Shown here piece after piece: positions 8,426-17,056 of a stretch of DNA of 32,000 bases; within the stretch, counting starts at the first letter, position 1; every line of letters starts with the position of its first letter. Source of the stretch: Acaryochloris thomasi RCC1774 (GTDB lineage: Bacteria; Cyanobacteriota; Cyanobacteriia; Thermosynechococcales; Thermosynechococcaceae). The stretch lies in contig NZ_PQWO01000026.1 of assembly GCF_003231495.1 (NCBI RefSeq), positions 20,987 to 52,986 on the forward strand, in the 5' to 3' direction. The position numbers and the translations under genes were made by a program. Below the pieces are notes generated by a model. That model made no database searches, was not told the DNA's origin, and worked only from the letters and a program-made list of their open reading frames with translations.

Positions 8426-10632
8426 TGGAATTTGATTTTCTACCCGAACTCCCCAGCTCTCGCCTTGATGACCGGAGCTTTGATGATTTAGTTGAAGAGT
8501 GCCTGCTCCGTATTCCCCGCTATTGCCCAGAATGGACCGATCATAATCTCAGTGATCCAGGAATCACACTGGTTGAGCTATTCTCTTGGCTTACCGATCA
8601 GATGCTGATGCGGTTTAACCAGGTACCGCGTAAAAACTATGTTGCGTTTCTAGAGCTATTGGGAATTCGTTTGCAGCCCCCGGCCTCGGCCCAGGCTCGC
8701 CTCACGTTTTATCTGAGTACGAATTTACTCGAAGACTACACAATTCCAATGGGAACCGAGGTCGCAACAGAGCGAACAGAAACCCAAGAGGCTATTAGCT
8801 TCAGCACGGACCGAGATTTGGTGATTGGTCAGCCGCAAATTAAGCATATTTTGTCAGCGGTGGGCGATTCTCTCCAGTCTTTAAACGACCATACGGGGGA
8901 GTGGCAACCTCAGCAGAGCAGTCTGGCATCCAATCATGAATTCATGGTGTTCCCACAGCAGCCGCAGCCCGGTCATAGCTTCTGCCTTGTCTTCGAGCCA
9001 GACGCACTATTGGAGGGAAATGTGCTGGCGATTCATTTCACTGGAACCCAAGGAACCCCAACGGGCATCGATCCCAATCATCCCCCCCGCCGTTGGGAAG
9101 CCTGGGATGGTGAGGCTTGGATAAATGTGCTACTTCAGGAGGCCGATGATACGACCAATGGCTTTAGCTTCAATGAGCATAAGGTCGAAGGCAGGCAGTC
9201 AGAACCCAGCGGAGAGGTGACGCTCCATTTGCCAGAGTGCTGGGCTGCTCAGAGCTTTGCGGCTTATCGAGGGCGGTGGCTACGCTGTATCTTGACTGAG
9301 CCGACGGCTCATCAGCCGGGATATTCACATCCGCCTCGAATCCGAACAATGGGTCTCCGGGCGATGGGTGGGTCGGTTCAGGCCAGCCAGAGTGTGAAGG
9401 TGCAGGATGAACCCTTGGGCGTTAGCAATGGGAAGCCGGGGCAGAGTTTTGAGATCCAGACGGCTCCGATTCTAGAGCGTCGAGTAGGAGAGCATTTACT
9501 TGTTTCCCCGCCGGGACAGCCCCCCGAGATCTGGGAAGAGGTGGAGGACTTTGCGGAGTCTGGACCACATGATCGCCACTATCTGATTAATTCATTGGAG
9601 GGCACGCTTCAACTGGGGCCGCTGATTCGCGAGCCTCAGTCCCTCAAGCGCCAAACTCAGGCTCGTGCCTACCTGCAGCAGGTTCTCCCCGAAGAAAGAG
9701 CGCCCGGTCAAGATCTCGATGCTCAAATGATGGAGCATCAATATGGCGAGATTCCGCCCCGAGGGGCCGAGCTGATGTTCTCTTATCGGACGGGGGGTGG
9801 TAAGCAGGGGAATGTGCAGGCACGGACGCTGAATTTTCTGAAGACCACCATTCCCTACGTGGCTCAGGTGACAAACCATGAGGCAGCGGTAAATGGGGCA
9901 GATGCTGAGTCCCTGAATCAGGCGGTTTTACGCGCTCCGCATTTGTTGCGATCGCATGATCGGGCCGTAACCGCAGCCGACTTTGAAGCCTTGACCTTAA
10001 AAGGAAGCGGGGGTGCGATCGCAAGATCAAAATGCTTACCGACATCAGCAAACCAACCGGCTGGCAGCGTTAGCATCTGTGTTATCCCCCAAGCCAATAC
10101 CGATCTGATTGATCGGGGGCAGGGCATCGCACCAGAGACCTTCAATCTCAATCCTGCGCTGCGGGAGCAGGTCATGCATTATTTAGACGAGAGACGGTTG
10201 CTCGGCGTGCAGCTCCAGCTCCAGCAGCCCAACTACGTGGGCGTTTCTGTACAGGCAGAGGTCACGTTGGAACCAGCCTATCAAAATCCGGTTGCCCAGG
10301 CTGAAATCCTGCACCAAATTCAAGTCGATCTGTATCGCTATCTCAATCCATTAACGGGTGGTCCCGAGAGGGACGGCTGGCCCTTCGGTCGCCCAGTTTA
10401 TCCCTCAGACATTATGGCTCTGCTCCAGCAGAGGATCGGTATTCAGTATCTAGGTGCCATTCTTTTATTCCCTATTCAGTACAACGGACAGACCTGGCAG
10501 CGGCAAACAACACCGGTTCCCTGTATTGATCCGGGTCCCCTGGGCTTGCTGTGTTCGTGGGCAGATATCCATGAGCGAACCGGACATAGCGTCAATGTCC
10601 TGACGCCCCAAGCTGTTGCCATGAGGGCTTGA
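8425..10632 (+). CDS. Baseplate J / gp6-like baseplate assembly protein (large, CIS-type)
   Basis: 735 aa. The start overlaps the gp25 stop (TAATG). N-terminal CPEWTDHNLSDPGITLVELFSWLTDQMLMRFNQVPRKNYVAFLELLGIRLQPPASAQARLTF matches the conserved N-terminus of baseplate-J-like proteins from phage-tail-like loci, as I recall it. Confidence 0.9.
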   Translation: MEFDFLPELPSSRLDDRSFDDLVEECLLRIPRYCPEWTDHNLSDPGITLVELFSWLTDQMLMRFNQVPRKNYVAFLELLGIRLQPPASAQARLTFYLSTNLLEDYTIPMGTEVATERTETQEAISFSTDRDLVIGQPQIKHILSAVGDSLQSLNDHTGEWQPQQSSLASNHEFMVFPQQPQPGHSFCLVFEPDALLEGNVLAIHFTGTQGTPTGIDPNHPPRRWEAWDGEAWINVLLQEADDTTNGFSFNEHKVEGRQSEPSGEVTLHLPECWAAQSFAAYRGRWLRCILTEPTAHQPGYSHPPRIRTMGLRAMGGSVQASQSVKVQDEPLGVSNGKPGQSFEIQTAPILERRVGEHLLVSPPGQPPEIWEEVEDFAESGPHDRHYLINSLEGTLQLGPLIREPQSLKRQTQARAYLQQVLPEERAPGQDLDAQMMEHQYGEIPPRGAELMFSYRTGGGKQGNVQARTLNFLKTTIPYVAQVTNHEAAVNGADAESLNQAVLRAPHLLRSHDRAVTAADFEALTLKGSGGAIARSKCLPTSANQPAGSVSICVIPQANTDLIDRGQGIAPETFNLNPALREQVMHYLDERRLLGVQLQLQQPNYVGVSVQAEVTLEPAYQNPVAQAEILHQIQVDLYRYLNPLTGGPERDGWPFGRPVYPSDIMALLQQRIGIQYLGAILLFPIQYNGQTWQRQTTPVPCIDPGPLGLLCSWADIHERTGHSVNVLTPQAVAMRA

Positions 10633-11726
10633 TGGTGTCAGCTCTAATGACGAAAGGTGTCAGCCTCCAGCTCACGCCTATGCAGATTCCTGACTCAATT
10701 GCTCAGTCGGGAAGTGATGTCGGGATTGAGAAAAATGCCGTATCACAATCAGAAATTGTGGTCCATCCGGGCGAACTTTGCCGGGTTGCTCTAGAGCTGA
10801 AAAACTGGGAATCGCAAGCCCAGCAGCTCACCCTAAAGCTGGATGGAACCTTTCCCTTAGAGTGGTGTAAAACGGAGGCAGAGCCACAAAGAATAGCCCC
10901 GTTGGAACAGGGATCAACTCACCTGGTAACGGTGGAAGTCCCGGCTAAGAAAAGCTGGTACACTGACCTTTGGTTTCGGGTGCCTCAAGCGTTTTTCGAA
11001 GACCAGGAGGTCTTGTCTACCCATTCTGTCCAGCATCTTGAACTAAATTTTCGGGGCTGTCTGTCCGTTTGCCCAACATCGGAGTCAGAGGCAACGCGAC
11101 GGTCTCCGACCGGCCTACGGCCATCGCCTATTGAGCAGTCCAGTTTTGAACTTTACGTTCGACCCCGAAGCACTTACACCACGTTTTTGCCCACGGTCTA
11201 TCAAGAAATTGACGTCATTCATCGGTTCGTCAAAATCTTCGAGGAAGCCTTCGATCCAGTGGTGAATAGCTTCTCCTCCATGTGGGCCAATCTAGATCCA
11301 TTAACGGCTCCGCAATCGCTGCTGCCGTTTTTAGCCCACTGGGTAGACTGGCCCCTTGATGCACAGCTTAGTTTGACCCAGCAGCGGCGACTGATTCGCC
11401 GAGCGGTAGAAATTTATCGGTCACGGGGTACCCGTAAAGGACTGCGATTTTATCTGCATTTATATACAGGATTGCCGCTCGACGAAGAGATGAGCCGGGA
11501 AGAAGACAAATCAATCAGCATCACCGAACCGTCTGGACAGGGTTGTTTACTAGGCGTGGCCCAGATGGGTGTGGATACGGTTTTAGGAGGTGGCAAAGCC
11601 TACCACTTTGAGGTTCGCTTACGCTGTGAACCAGATTATCCCATCGATGAGCAGCTTGTTCGGCGAATCATTGAACAGGAAAAACCAGCGTTTTGTACCT
11701 ACGACCTATGGATAGAACATCGCTAA
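10632..11726 (+). CDS. P2 gpI-like phage tail/baseplate protein with an N-terminal extension
   Basis: ATG 10632 overlaps the upstream stop (TGATG). The C-terminal half LPTVYQE...RFVKIFEEAFDPV...LDPLTAPQSLLPFLAHWVDWPLD...RRLIRRAVEIYRSRGTRKGLRFYLHLYTG matches the gpI-type tail-protein signature. The roughly 180-aa N-terminal extension is unassigned. Confidence 0.8.
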   Translation: MVSALMTKGVSLQLTPMQIPDSIAQSGSDVGIEKNAVSQSEIVVHPGELCRVALELKNWESQAQQLTLKLDGTFPLEWCKTEAEPQRIAPLEQGSTHLVTVEVPAKKSWYTDLWFRVPQAFFEDQEVLSTHSVQHLELNFRGCLSVCPTSESEATRRSPTGLRPSPIEQSSFELYVRPRSTYTTFLPTVYQEIDVIHRFVKIFEEAFDPVVNSFSSMWANLDPLTAPQSLLPFLAHWVDWPLDAQLSLTQQRRLIRRAVEIYRSRGTRKGLRFYLHLYTGLPLDEEMSREEDKSISITEPSGQGCLLGVAQMGVDTVLGGGKAYHFEVRLRCEPDYPIDEQLVRRIIEQEKPAFCTYDLWIEHR

Positions 11727-11930
11727 GCAAATTATGGTCTGTTTTATACAAAATCTAGAGTTCAGCGATGACGGTCGTATACACAGATTATGAAAAGACT
11801 TCAATGCACTTCCCCACCGTCTGCTGAGCGCTCACGTCGAAGCCTAGCTTCCCCAGTTCCGGGGGGCAGTGCAGTCATGCTGCCTATCAGAAAAATATAT
11901 ATACAGTAGCCACTTTAAGGAGAGATAGTC

Positions 11931-13100
11931 ATGGCCCATTCATTTCCGACACCTGCGATCGCAACCTTACAGCGCCAACAAGTCAAAGACGGCCTCCTCC
12001 TCAATGCCGAACGCTGGCAGCGTGCCCATGCCTACCATCGCCAGCGCCAAAACGTTCACTATCAGTCGCTCAATCAACCCGGCATCGTTTGCGGTTTAGG
12101 AGTTCATGCGATTCCAGCTCCAGAATCAGTTGCGGCAGAATATCGTGATTCTCGCTGGGTCAAGATTCAGCCCGGAATTGCGATCGATTTAGAAGGAAAT
12201 CTGATTATTGTGCCGCAGCCGCTGAATTTTCGGCTGGCCACCGAGGTCAAGGAGTCAGAGCCACTCACCGTATACCTGGTCGCCCAATACCGAGATCCCG
12301 ATCAGCTAGAGGATACGCCTGACCACGAAGTTGTCCAAGAGACCTTCAGGATTGATGAAAGAAGTCGTCCCCCCGGTCGGTTAGACGTGGAGCTGTGCCG
12401 CGTGTTGTTGCGAGAGCAGCAGTCTTCCATCTCAAAACCCAGCGACGTCTTTTTCCCTGGATACGGCGATATCGATCTGCGCTATCGCCATCAGGCTCAG
12501 GCCCGCCCCCAGGGCTTAGTTCGCATTGCAGAACTGCAGCACGGCAGTGCAGACTGTAGCCGCAATTTTTTTAATCTCACCTATTTATCGCGCTCCGTCG
12601 AAGATATTTATCCATCACTGAGAGGAGCAGAAACAGTGGATCAGGTCACTTGGGAAGACGATCTACAGCCCTATGAGCTGATCTACTTGACAGGACGCGA
12701 GAGCTTATCTCTGAATAGCCGTCAATGTTCAATGCTGTCTAGGTTTCTGGAGCAGGGAGGAACGTTACTGGTGGATGCCCCCAGTGACGCAAAAGAGCTG
12801 ATTCAATCGGTTCAGATCCTAGCTCAACAACTACAGACACCGTTGAAGTCATTGCAAGAATCCCGCCGTGACCACCCGCTACGAATGAAGCCGTTCCTGT
12901 TCTCTGCATTGCCGGTGGCAGATCAAACTAGGATTCAGCTTTTATCAGGTGGAGGGATTATTCTCTCCATTGGCAACTTAGCCGGACTGTGGGGGTTAGA
13001 TGAGGGATTGTTGCGATCTCGAGATGAAATAAGAACGGCCCAGGAATTAGGGGTCAATATATTACACTTTGCGTGGAAACGCAGGCAAATGTTTGCTTGA
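11931..13100 (+). CDS. Hypothetical protein, last gene of the baseplate operon; C-terminal DUF4159-like domain
   Basis: 389-aa ORF with AAGGAG upstream. YELIYLTGRESLSLNSRQCSMLSRFLEQGGTLLVDAPSD ... DHPLRMKPFLF ... AQELGVNILHFAWKRR follows the DUF4159 pattern as I remember it (P.lymtG..f.ls..e...Lr.yl..GGfl..D ... HP ... GvNi..YA). The N-terminal 200 aa are unassigned. Confidence 0.7.
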   Translation: MAHSFPTPAIATLQRQQVKDGLLLNAERWQRAHAYHRQRQNVHYQSLNQPGIVCGLGVHAIPAPESVAAEYRDSRWVKIQPGIAIDLEGNLIIVPQPLNFRLATEVKESEPLTVYLVAQYRDPDQLEDTPDHEVVQETFRIDERSRPPGRLDVELCRVLLREQQSSISKPSDVFFPGYGDIDLRYRHQAQARPQGLVRIAELQHGSADCSRNFFNLTYLSRSVEDIYPSLRGAETVDQVTWEDDLQPYELIYLTGRESLSLNSRQCSMLSRFLEQGGTLLVDAPSDAKELIQSVQILAQQLQTPLKSLQESRRDHPLRMKPFLFSALPVADQTRIQLLSGGGIILSIGNLAGLWGLDEGLLRSRDEIRTAQELGVNILHFAWKRRQMFA

Positions 13101-13523
13101 GGAACAAGAAAAGTGAAGTACTGATGACGCGATTTGGATCGAAGAAACAGACACGGGCGCGACTATCCAATTCCATATCATCTATATCTCAGACCACATC
13201 CCTATAAACTCCCCGCTAGACCGAAGCGCGATCGCAACCACGCAAACCCGATATCACCGACAAGGCAACAGCCCCATGCTGCCGAGAATTTTGAGCGAGG
13301 AATCCTGGGAAGGATTGACGTATACAGAGTTGTCGCGAGAGGGGCACTTTTTGGCTGGGGCAGAAGTATACGTTGATGATGATGTACAGACTTCCGTCTC
13401 ATTCATCGTGATTGTTCTGATTCAAGAAGCAGATGGATAGCTTCCTATCAACACCGCTAGAATAGCAAAGCACAGTCTTTTCGAAACTGTGCGACTTTAC
13501 CTTCATTTTCTGGACAACAATCT

Positions 13524-13808
13524 ATGTCAATTTACGTCGGCAATCTATCCTACGATGTGGCCGAAGAAGACTTGAGCGGTGCTTTTGCCGAATATGGCAC
13601 TGTTAAAAGTGCAAAACTCCCTACTGACCGTGAAACTGGACGGCCCAGAGGCTTTGGCTTTGTGGAGATGAATACAGAGGCCGAGGAAACAGCAGCTATT
13701 GAAGCCCTTGATGGTGCCGAGTGGATGGGACGCCAGCTCAAGGTCAACAAAGCGAAGCCCCGAGAAAATCGCGGTGGCGGTAATCGTGGTGGTGGCTCTG
13801 GCTGGTAA
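13524..13808 (+). CDS. RRM-type RNA-binding protein with Gly-rich tail (cyanobacterial Rbp class)
   Basis: 94 aa. RNP2 IYVGNL and RNP1 RGFGFVEM. C-terminal RGGGNRGGGSGW. Confidence 0.93.
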   Translation: MSIYVGNLSYDVAEEDLSGAFAEYGTVKSAKLPTDRETGRPRGFGFVEMNTEAEETAAIEALDGAEWMGRQLKVNKAKPRENRGGGNRGGGSGW

Positions 13809-13859
13809 CTTCTTGGATTTAGGCTGCTAGCGATAACGCAGCTCTATCAATAGAAACGC

Positions 13860-13889
13860 AAGGGACTGTTTTTGGGCAGTCCCTTTTTG
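13860..13889 (+). terminator. Rho-independent terminator downstream of the Rbp gene
   Basis: 9-bp stem AAGGGACTG (13860-13868) / CAGTCCCTT (13877-13885) with an 8-nt loop. A T-run overlaps and follows the 3-prime arm of the stem. Confidence 0.65.
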
Positions 13890-14145
13890 GTGAATGCCTC
13901 TGTCTCTATGTCGGGACAAGGTCAATGCTGGTCTTCGAGGAAAATGGGACAACCAGGATTCAAGAAAAAACCACGATCGATAATGTTGTCTATTCTTGGT
14001 TGGGCAACAATAGTCTAAGTTAAAGCCGATAATAGCTGCTGAACGATCGCGATCTCCGAACGCAGACAACCGTTGCATCAACCGACCATGTTTTTATGTT
14101 CCGGTACAGCATAGTTGTTCGCCTGCTGGGACAACGGCATCCCTT

Positions 14146-14958
14146 TCACGGCTCGCTCGATGTCACACTGTCTAAAAACTGCATTACAGCTTGATTGAAT
14201 AGCTCAGGGAATTCCATCCAACAGTTATGTCCGCCACGCTCTAATTCTACTAGCTCAGCTTTTGGAATCTTGCCAGCAAGTTCTTCTGAAAACTCCACAG
14301 GAATGAAGATATCATCTCCACCAATCAAAACCAGAGTCGGAACTGAGATTTGGCTGATTCGAGATCGCGTGTCATGCTTAATTAGCGCAGCAACTTGTCC
14401 GGCAAAACCATGTGTAGATAGCGGATGAGGATGATTACTCGCAAGATTGACTGAAGCCGTCACCGTTTCGTCATGTTTAAAGAAATCGTCTGTGTAAACC
14501 CACAAAAACCCTTCTCGTATACGGGTTTCTAAAGATACATTTTCGTTAAGCATTCTCAGCCAGTTCTGAACTATGTATTTTGCTTTGGCAGGAAGTTGAG
14601 CAGCGGTTGTGTTGAGTATCAGACTTTTCACTAATTCTGGGCATTTTAGCGCAACGATTTGGGCAATCATGCCACCCATTGAAAAGCCCAAAACATGAGC
14701 GTTATCCACCTTCAAAAACTGTAGCAAGGCAATCGTATCGTCTGCCATCATTTCGGTTGAGTAATCTTCATTAGGAGCATCCGTTTGTCCAACACCGCGA
14801 TTATCGAACACGATGACTTGAAACTTCTGTGAGAGAACAGAAACTTGATTGAGCCATGTGCTGCTATCCATGCTCAAGCCGTGAATCAAAACGATAGGTT
14901 CACCTCTGCCGTGAACCTCGTAGTACATCTCAATATCACCGATCCTAGTTCTGGGCAT
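14146..14958 (-). CDS. Alpha/beta-fold hydrolase
   Basis: HG oxyanion motif VLIHGL, nucleophile elbow GFSMGG, and a C-terminal GGHN-type His. I prefer ATG 14958 (MPRTRIGDIEMYYEVHG) over the TTG at 14982. Confidence 0.88.
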   Translation of the reverse strand: MPRTRIGDIEMYYEVHGRGEPIVLIHGLSMDSSTWLNQVSVLSQKFQVIVFDNRGVGQTDAPNEDYSTEMMADDTIALLQFLKVDNAHVLGFSMGGMIAQIVALKCPELVKSLILNTTAAQLPAKAKYIVQNWLRMLNENVSLETRIREGFLWVYTDDFFKHDETVTASVNLASNHPHPLSTHGFAGQVAALIKHDTRSRISQISVPTLVLIGGDDIFIPVEFSEELAGKIPKAELVELERGGHNCWMEFPELFNQAVMQFLDSVTSSEP

Positions 14959-15320
14959 TTTGCATCTTCTCCACCGCAGCAACGACGATCCTATTTTGCT
15001 CCATCAGCATCTCTGAATCAGGAATGAGCCATTTCGAGGCAGCCTGGTTGATAATGACCATTAGTTAGGCACGGCCCATCGTTCAATGATGCAAAGCGCC
15101 CATAACCGATTTGCATAAGCTGTTTGGTTTTGGCACATTAACTTTTCAGAAGTCATGCCAAGACACGTGAAATAGAAAGTGTCAGAACTGAGTACACAAG
15201 AGGGCACTATTCACTTTTTCGTTCCGCCGCCAAAGAGGAAAATGAACTGCTTGCCATCTTGAGCCAGATAGATCCAATACCCCCTACCCCCCAATTAATC
15301 CAATACTCCCCAATGGGTTA

Positions 15321-15390
15321 TGTCGTCTCTCCAATCGCTAGCCTAACGGCTAGCCCTAGACACAACTCATCTACAGAGATAACACAACCC
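15321..15390. repeat. Solo copy (A) of the 5-prime end of the IS110-family element, containing a GCTAGCC-TAAC-GGCTAGC hairpin
   Basis: 15321-15372 matches 19218-19269 at 50 of 52 positions by eye, and weaker similarity continues to about 15390 / 19288. The match includes the first 14 nt of the transposase ORF, then diverges. It abuts the hisA stop codon (15391-15393). Confidence 0.7.
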
Positions 15391-16158
15391 TCAGGCAGTG
15401 GCTGAGGAACCTAAGTCCGGCGGCACATCTTGCCAGCGTCCCTGTCCCACAGCCTGAATCGCCTCTTTCAGAGCAACGTCACCGGTATACAGCGCCCGCC
15501 CCACAATGACGCTATTAACCCCTACAGGCTCTAGCGCCAACAGGCTCAGTAAGTCGGTCACCGAACTGACGCCACCAGAGGCGATCACGGGCACCTCAAT
15601 GGCCTGGGCCATTTCGCGCAGCATGGGAATGTTCGGACCTTTCAATGTGCCATCACGATGAATATCGGTGTAGACGATAGCAGCAGCATGAGGCATACGT
15701 TGAGCGAGATCGATGGCCTCAATCTCTGAGGTTTCTAGCCAGCCCCGGGTAGCAACCTTGCCGTCACGGGCATCAATGCCAATCACAATTTGCTGCGGGA
15801 ACTCCTGGCAGAGCTGCGTCACTAACTCAGGATTTTCGATAGCGACGGTGCCGAGAATGACGCGATTTACTCCGAGATCAAGAAGTTGGGTGACCCGGTT
15901 GCGATCGCGAATCCCTCCCCCGACCTGCACGGGCACATCAATGGCGTTTACAATCCGGCTAATCGGTTCAAGATTGACCGGCTCCCCAGTCTTGGCGCCG
16001 TCAAGATCCACCAGATGAAGCCAGTTTGCCCCTTGGTCCACCCAGCTTTTCGCCACCTCAACCGGATCTTCGGAAAAGACCTGTGACTGCTCATAGTCAC
16101 CTTGATAAAGACGCACACAGCGTCCTTCTAGTAAGTCGATGGCAGGGAGAATTTCCAT
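15391..16158 (-). CDS. hisA: 1-(5-phosphoribosyl)-5-[(5-phosphoribosylamino)methylideneamino]imidazole-4-carboxamide isomerase
   Basis: 255 aa. [22 protein letters not shown]..., [16 protein letters not shown] and ASGGVSS are characteristic HisA motifs. Confidence 0.93.
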   Translation of the reverse strand: MEILPAIDLLEGRCVRLYQGDYEQSQVFSEDPVEVAKSWVDQGANWLHLVDLDGAKTGEPVNLEPISRIVNAIDVPVQVGGGIRDRNRVTQLLDLGVNRVILGTVAIENPELVTQLCQEFPQQIVIGIDARDGKVATRGWLETSEIEAIDLAQRMPHAAAIVYTDIHRDGTLKGPNIPMLREMAQAIEVPVIASGGVSSVTDLLSLLALEPVGVNSVIVGRALYTGDVALKEAIQAVGQGRWQDVPPDLGSSATA

Positions 16159-16267
16159 TGTTGCTTTGAGAGTAGGGAACTAGTTCCATTGAAGCAGTTT
16201 CAGGCTCTGCTGGTTGCTGCTGCTCAGTTTATATTGAAGACGTAATGTCAGAGGACGAACAGACAGG

Positions 16268-17056
16268 ATGGGAACGGCACTAATTACTGGCGCATCTTCT
16301 GGGATTGGCGAGGCATTCGCCGAGGAACTCGCGCAGCGTGGGATGGATGTTGTGATCGTAGCGAGATCAAAGGACAAGCTGGAGCAATTGGCGGAACGGT
16401 TGAGATCGCAACACTCGATTCAAGCCGAGGTGATTGTCCAGGATCTAACGACACCCGAAGCCGCAACAGCCGTCTACAAGGCAGTGGAAACTCTAGGCTG
16501 GCCCATTGATCTGTTGATTAACAATGCGGGCTTTGGGGACTATGGCGTATTTTGCGATCGCCCCCGCCAAAAACAGCTCGACATGATCCAGCTCAATATT
16601 TCAGCGTTAGTGGATCTCACTCACCAGTTTTTACCCAGAATGATAGAGCGCCAGTCAGGCAGCATGATCAACGTGGCCTCTATTGCCGCCTTTCAGCCGT
16701 TACCCTACCTATCAGTTTATGCTGCCACCAAAGCCTTCGTCCTGAGCTTTAGCGAAGCCCTGTGGGAAGAGAATCGCAAGCACAACATCTCTATATTGGC
16801 AGTTTGCCCCGGTCCCACCGAGTCCCAGTTTTTTGAAGCCGCAGAGTTTCCCTCAGCCCTCGCGGGCGGCAGTCAGAAGGCAACCCCTGCAGAAGAGGTC
16901 GTCAAGGAAGCGCTTCAGGCTTTAGCCGAGAAACAATCAAATGTTGTGACCGGTGGTATCAGCAACTGGCTAATCAGCAATGTCCCTCGGCTTTGGCCGC
17001 GTCAGTCGCTGGTGAAGGGCGTTGCTAAGGTGATGCAGCCTCCAGCAACAAAGTAG
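16268..17056 (+). CDS. Short-chain dehydrogenase/reductase (SDR) family oxidoreductase
   Basis: TALITGASSGIGEAFA (TGxxxGxG), NNAG, and the catalytic YAATKAF (YxxxK). Confidence 0.9.
   Translation: MGTALITGASSGIGEAFAEELAQRGMDVVIVARSKDKLEQLAERLRSQHSIQAEVIVQDLTTPEAATAVYKAVETLGWPIDLLINNAGFGDYGVFCDRPRQKQLDMIQLNISALVDLTHQFLPRMIERQSGSMINVASIAAFQPLPYLSVYAATKAFVLSFSEALWEENRKHNISILAVCPGPTESQFFEAAEFPSALAGGSQKATPAEEVVKEALQALAEKQSNVVTGGISNWLISNVPRLWPRQSLVKGVAKVMQPPATK

Noticed and set aside
8003-13100. Interpretation as a type VI secretion system or an intact prophage
   Set aside because: The window has no TssB/C, Hcp, TssM/L/J or ClpV-like genes, and no capsid, terminase, portal, integrase or att-like features. 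Only wedge-type baseplate genes are present.
13134-13402. Track ORFs 13134-13376 (+) and 13202-13402 (-)
   Set aside because: Both give Arg/Pro-rich junk-like translations and one needs a non-ATG start. A third frame (13117-13440) looks more protein-like and is reported as a low-interest finding instead.
13827-14081. 84-codon minus-strand ORF between the Rbp gene and the hydrolase
   Set aside because: The translation is Arg/His/Cys-rich and not protein-like. It overlaps the Rbp terminator hairpin and has no motif. I treat it as non-coding.
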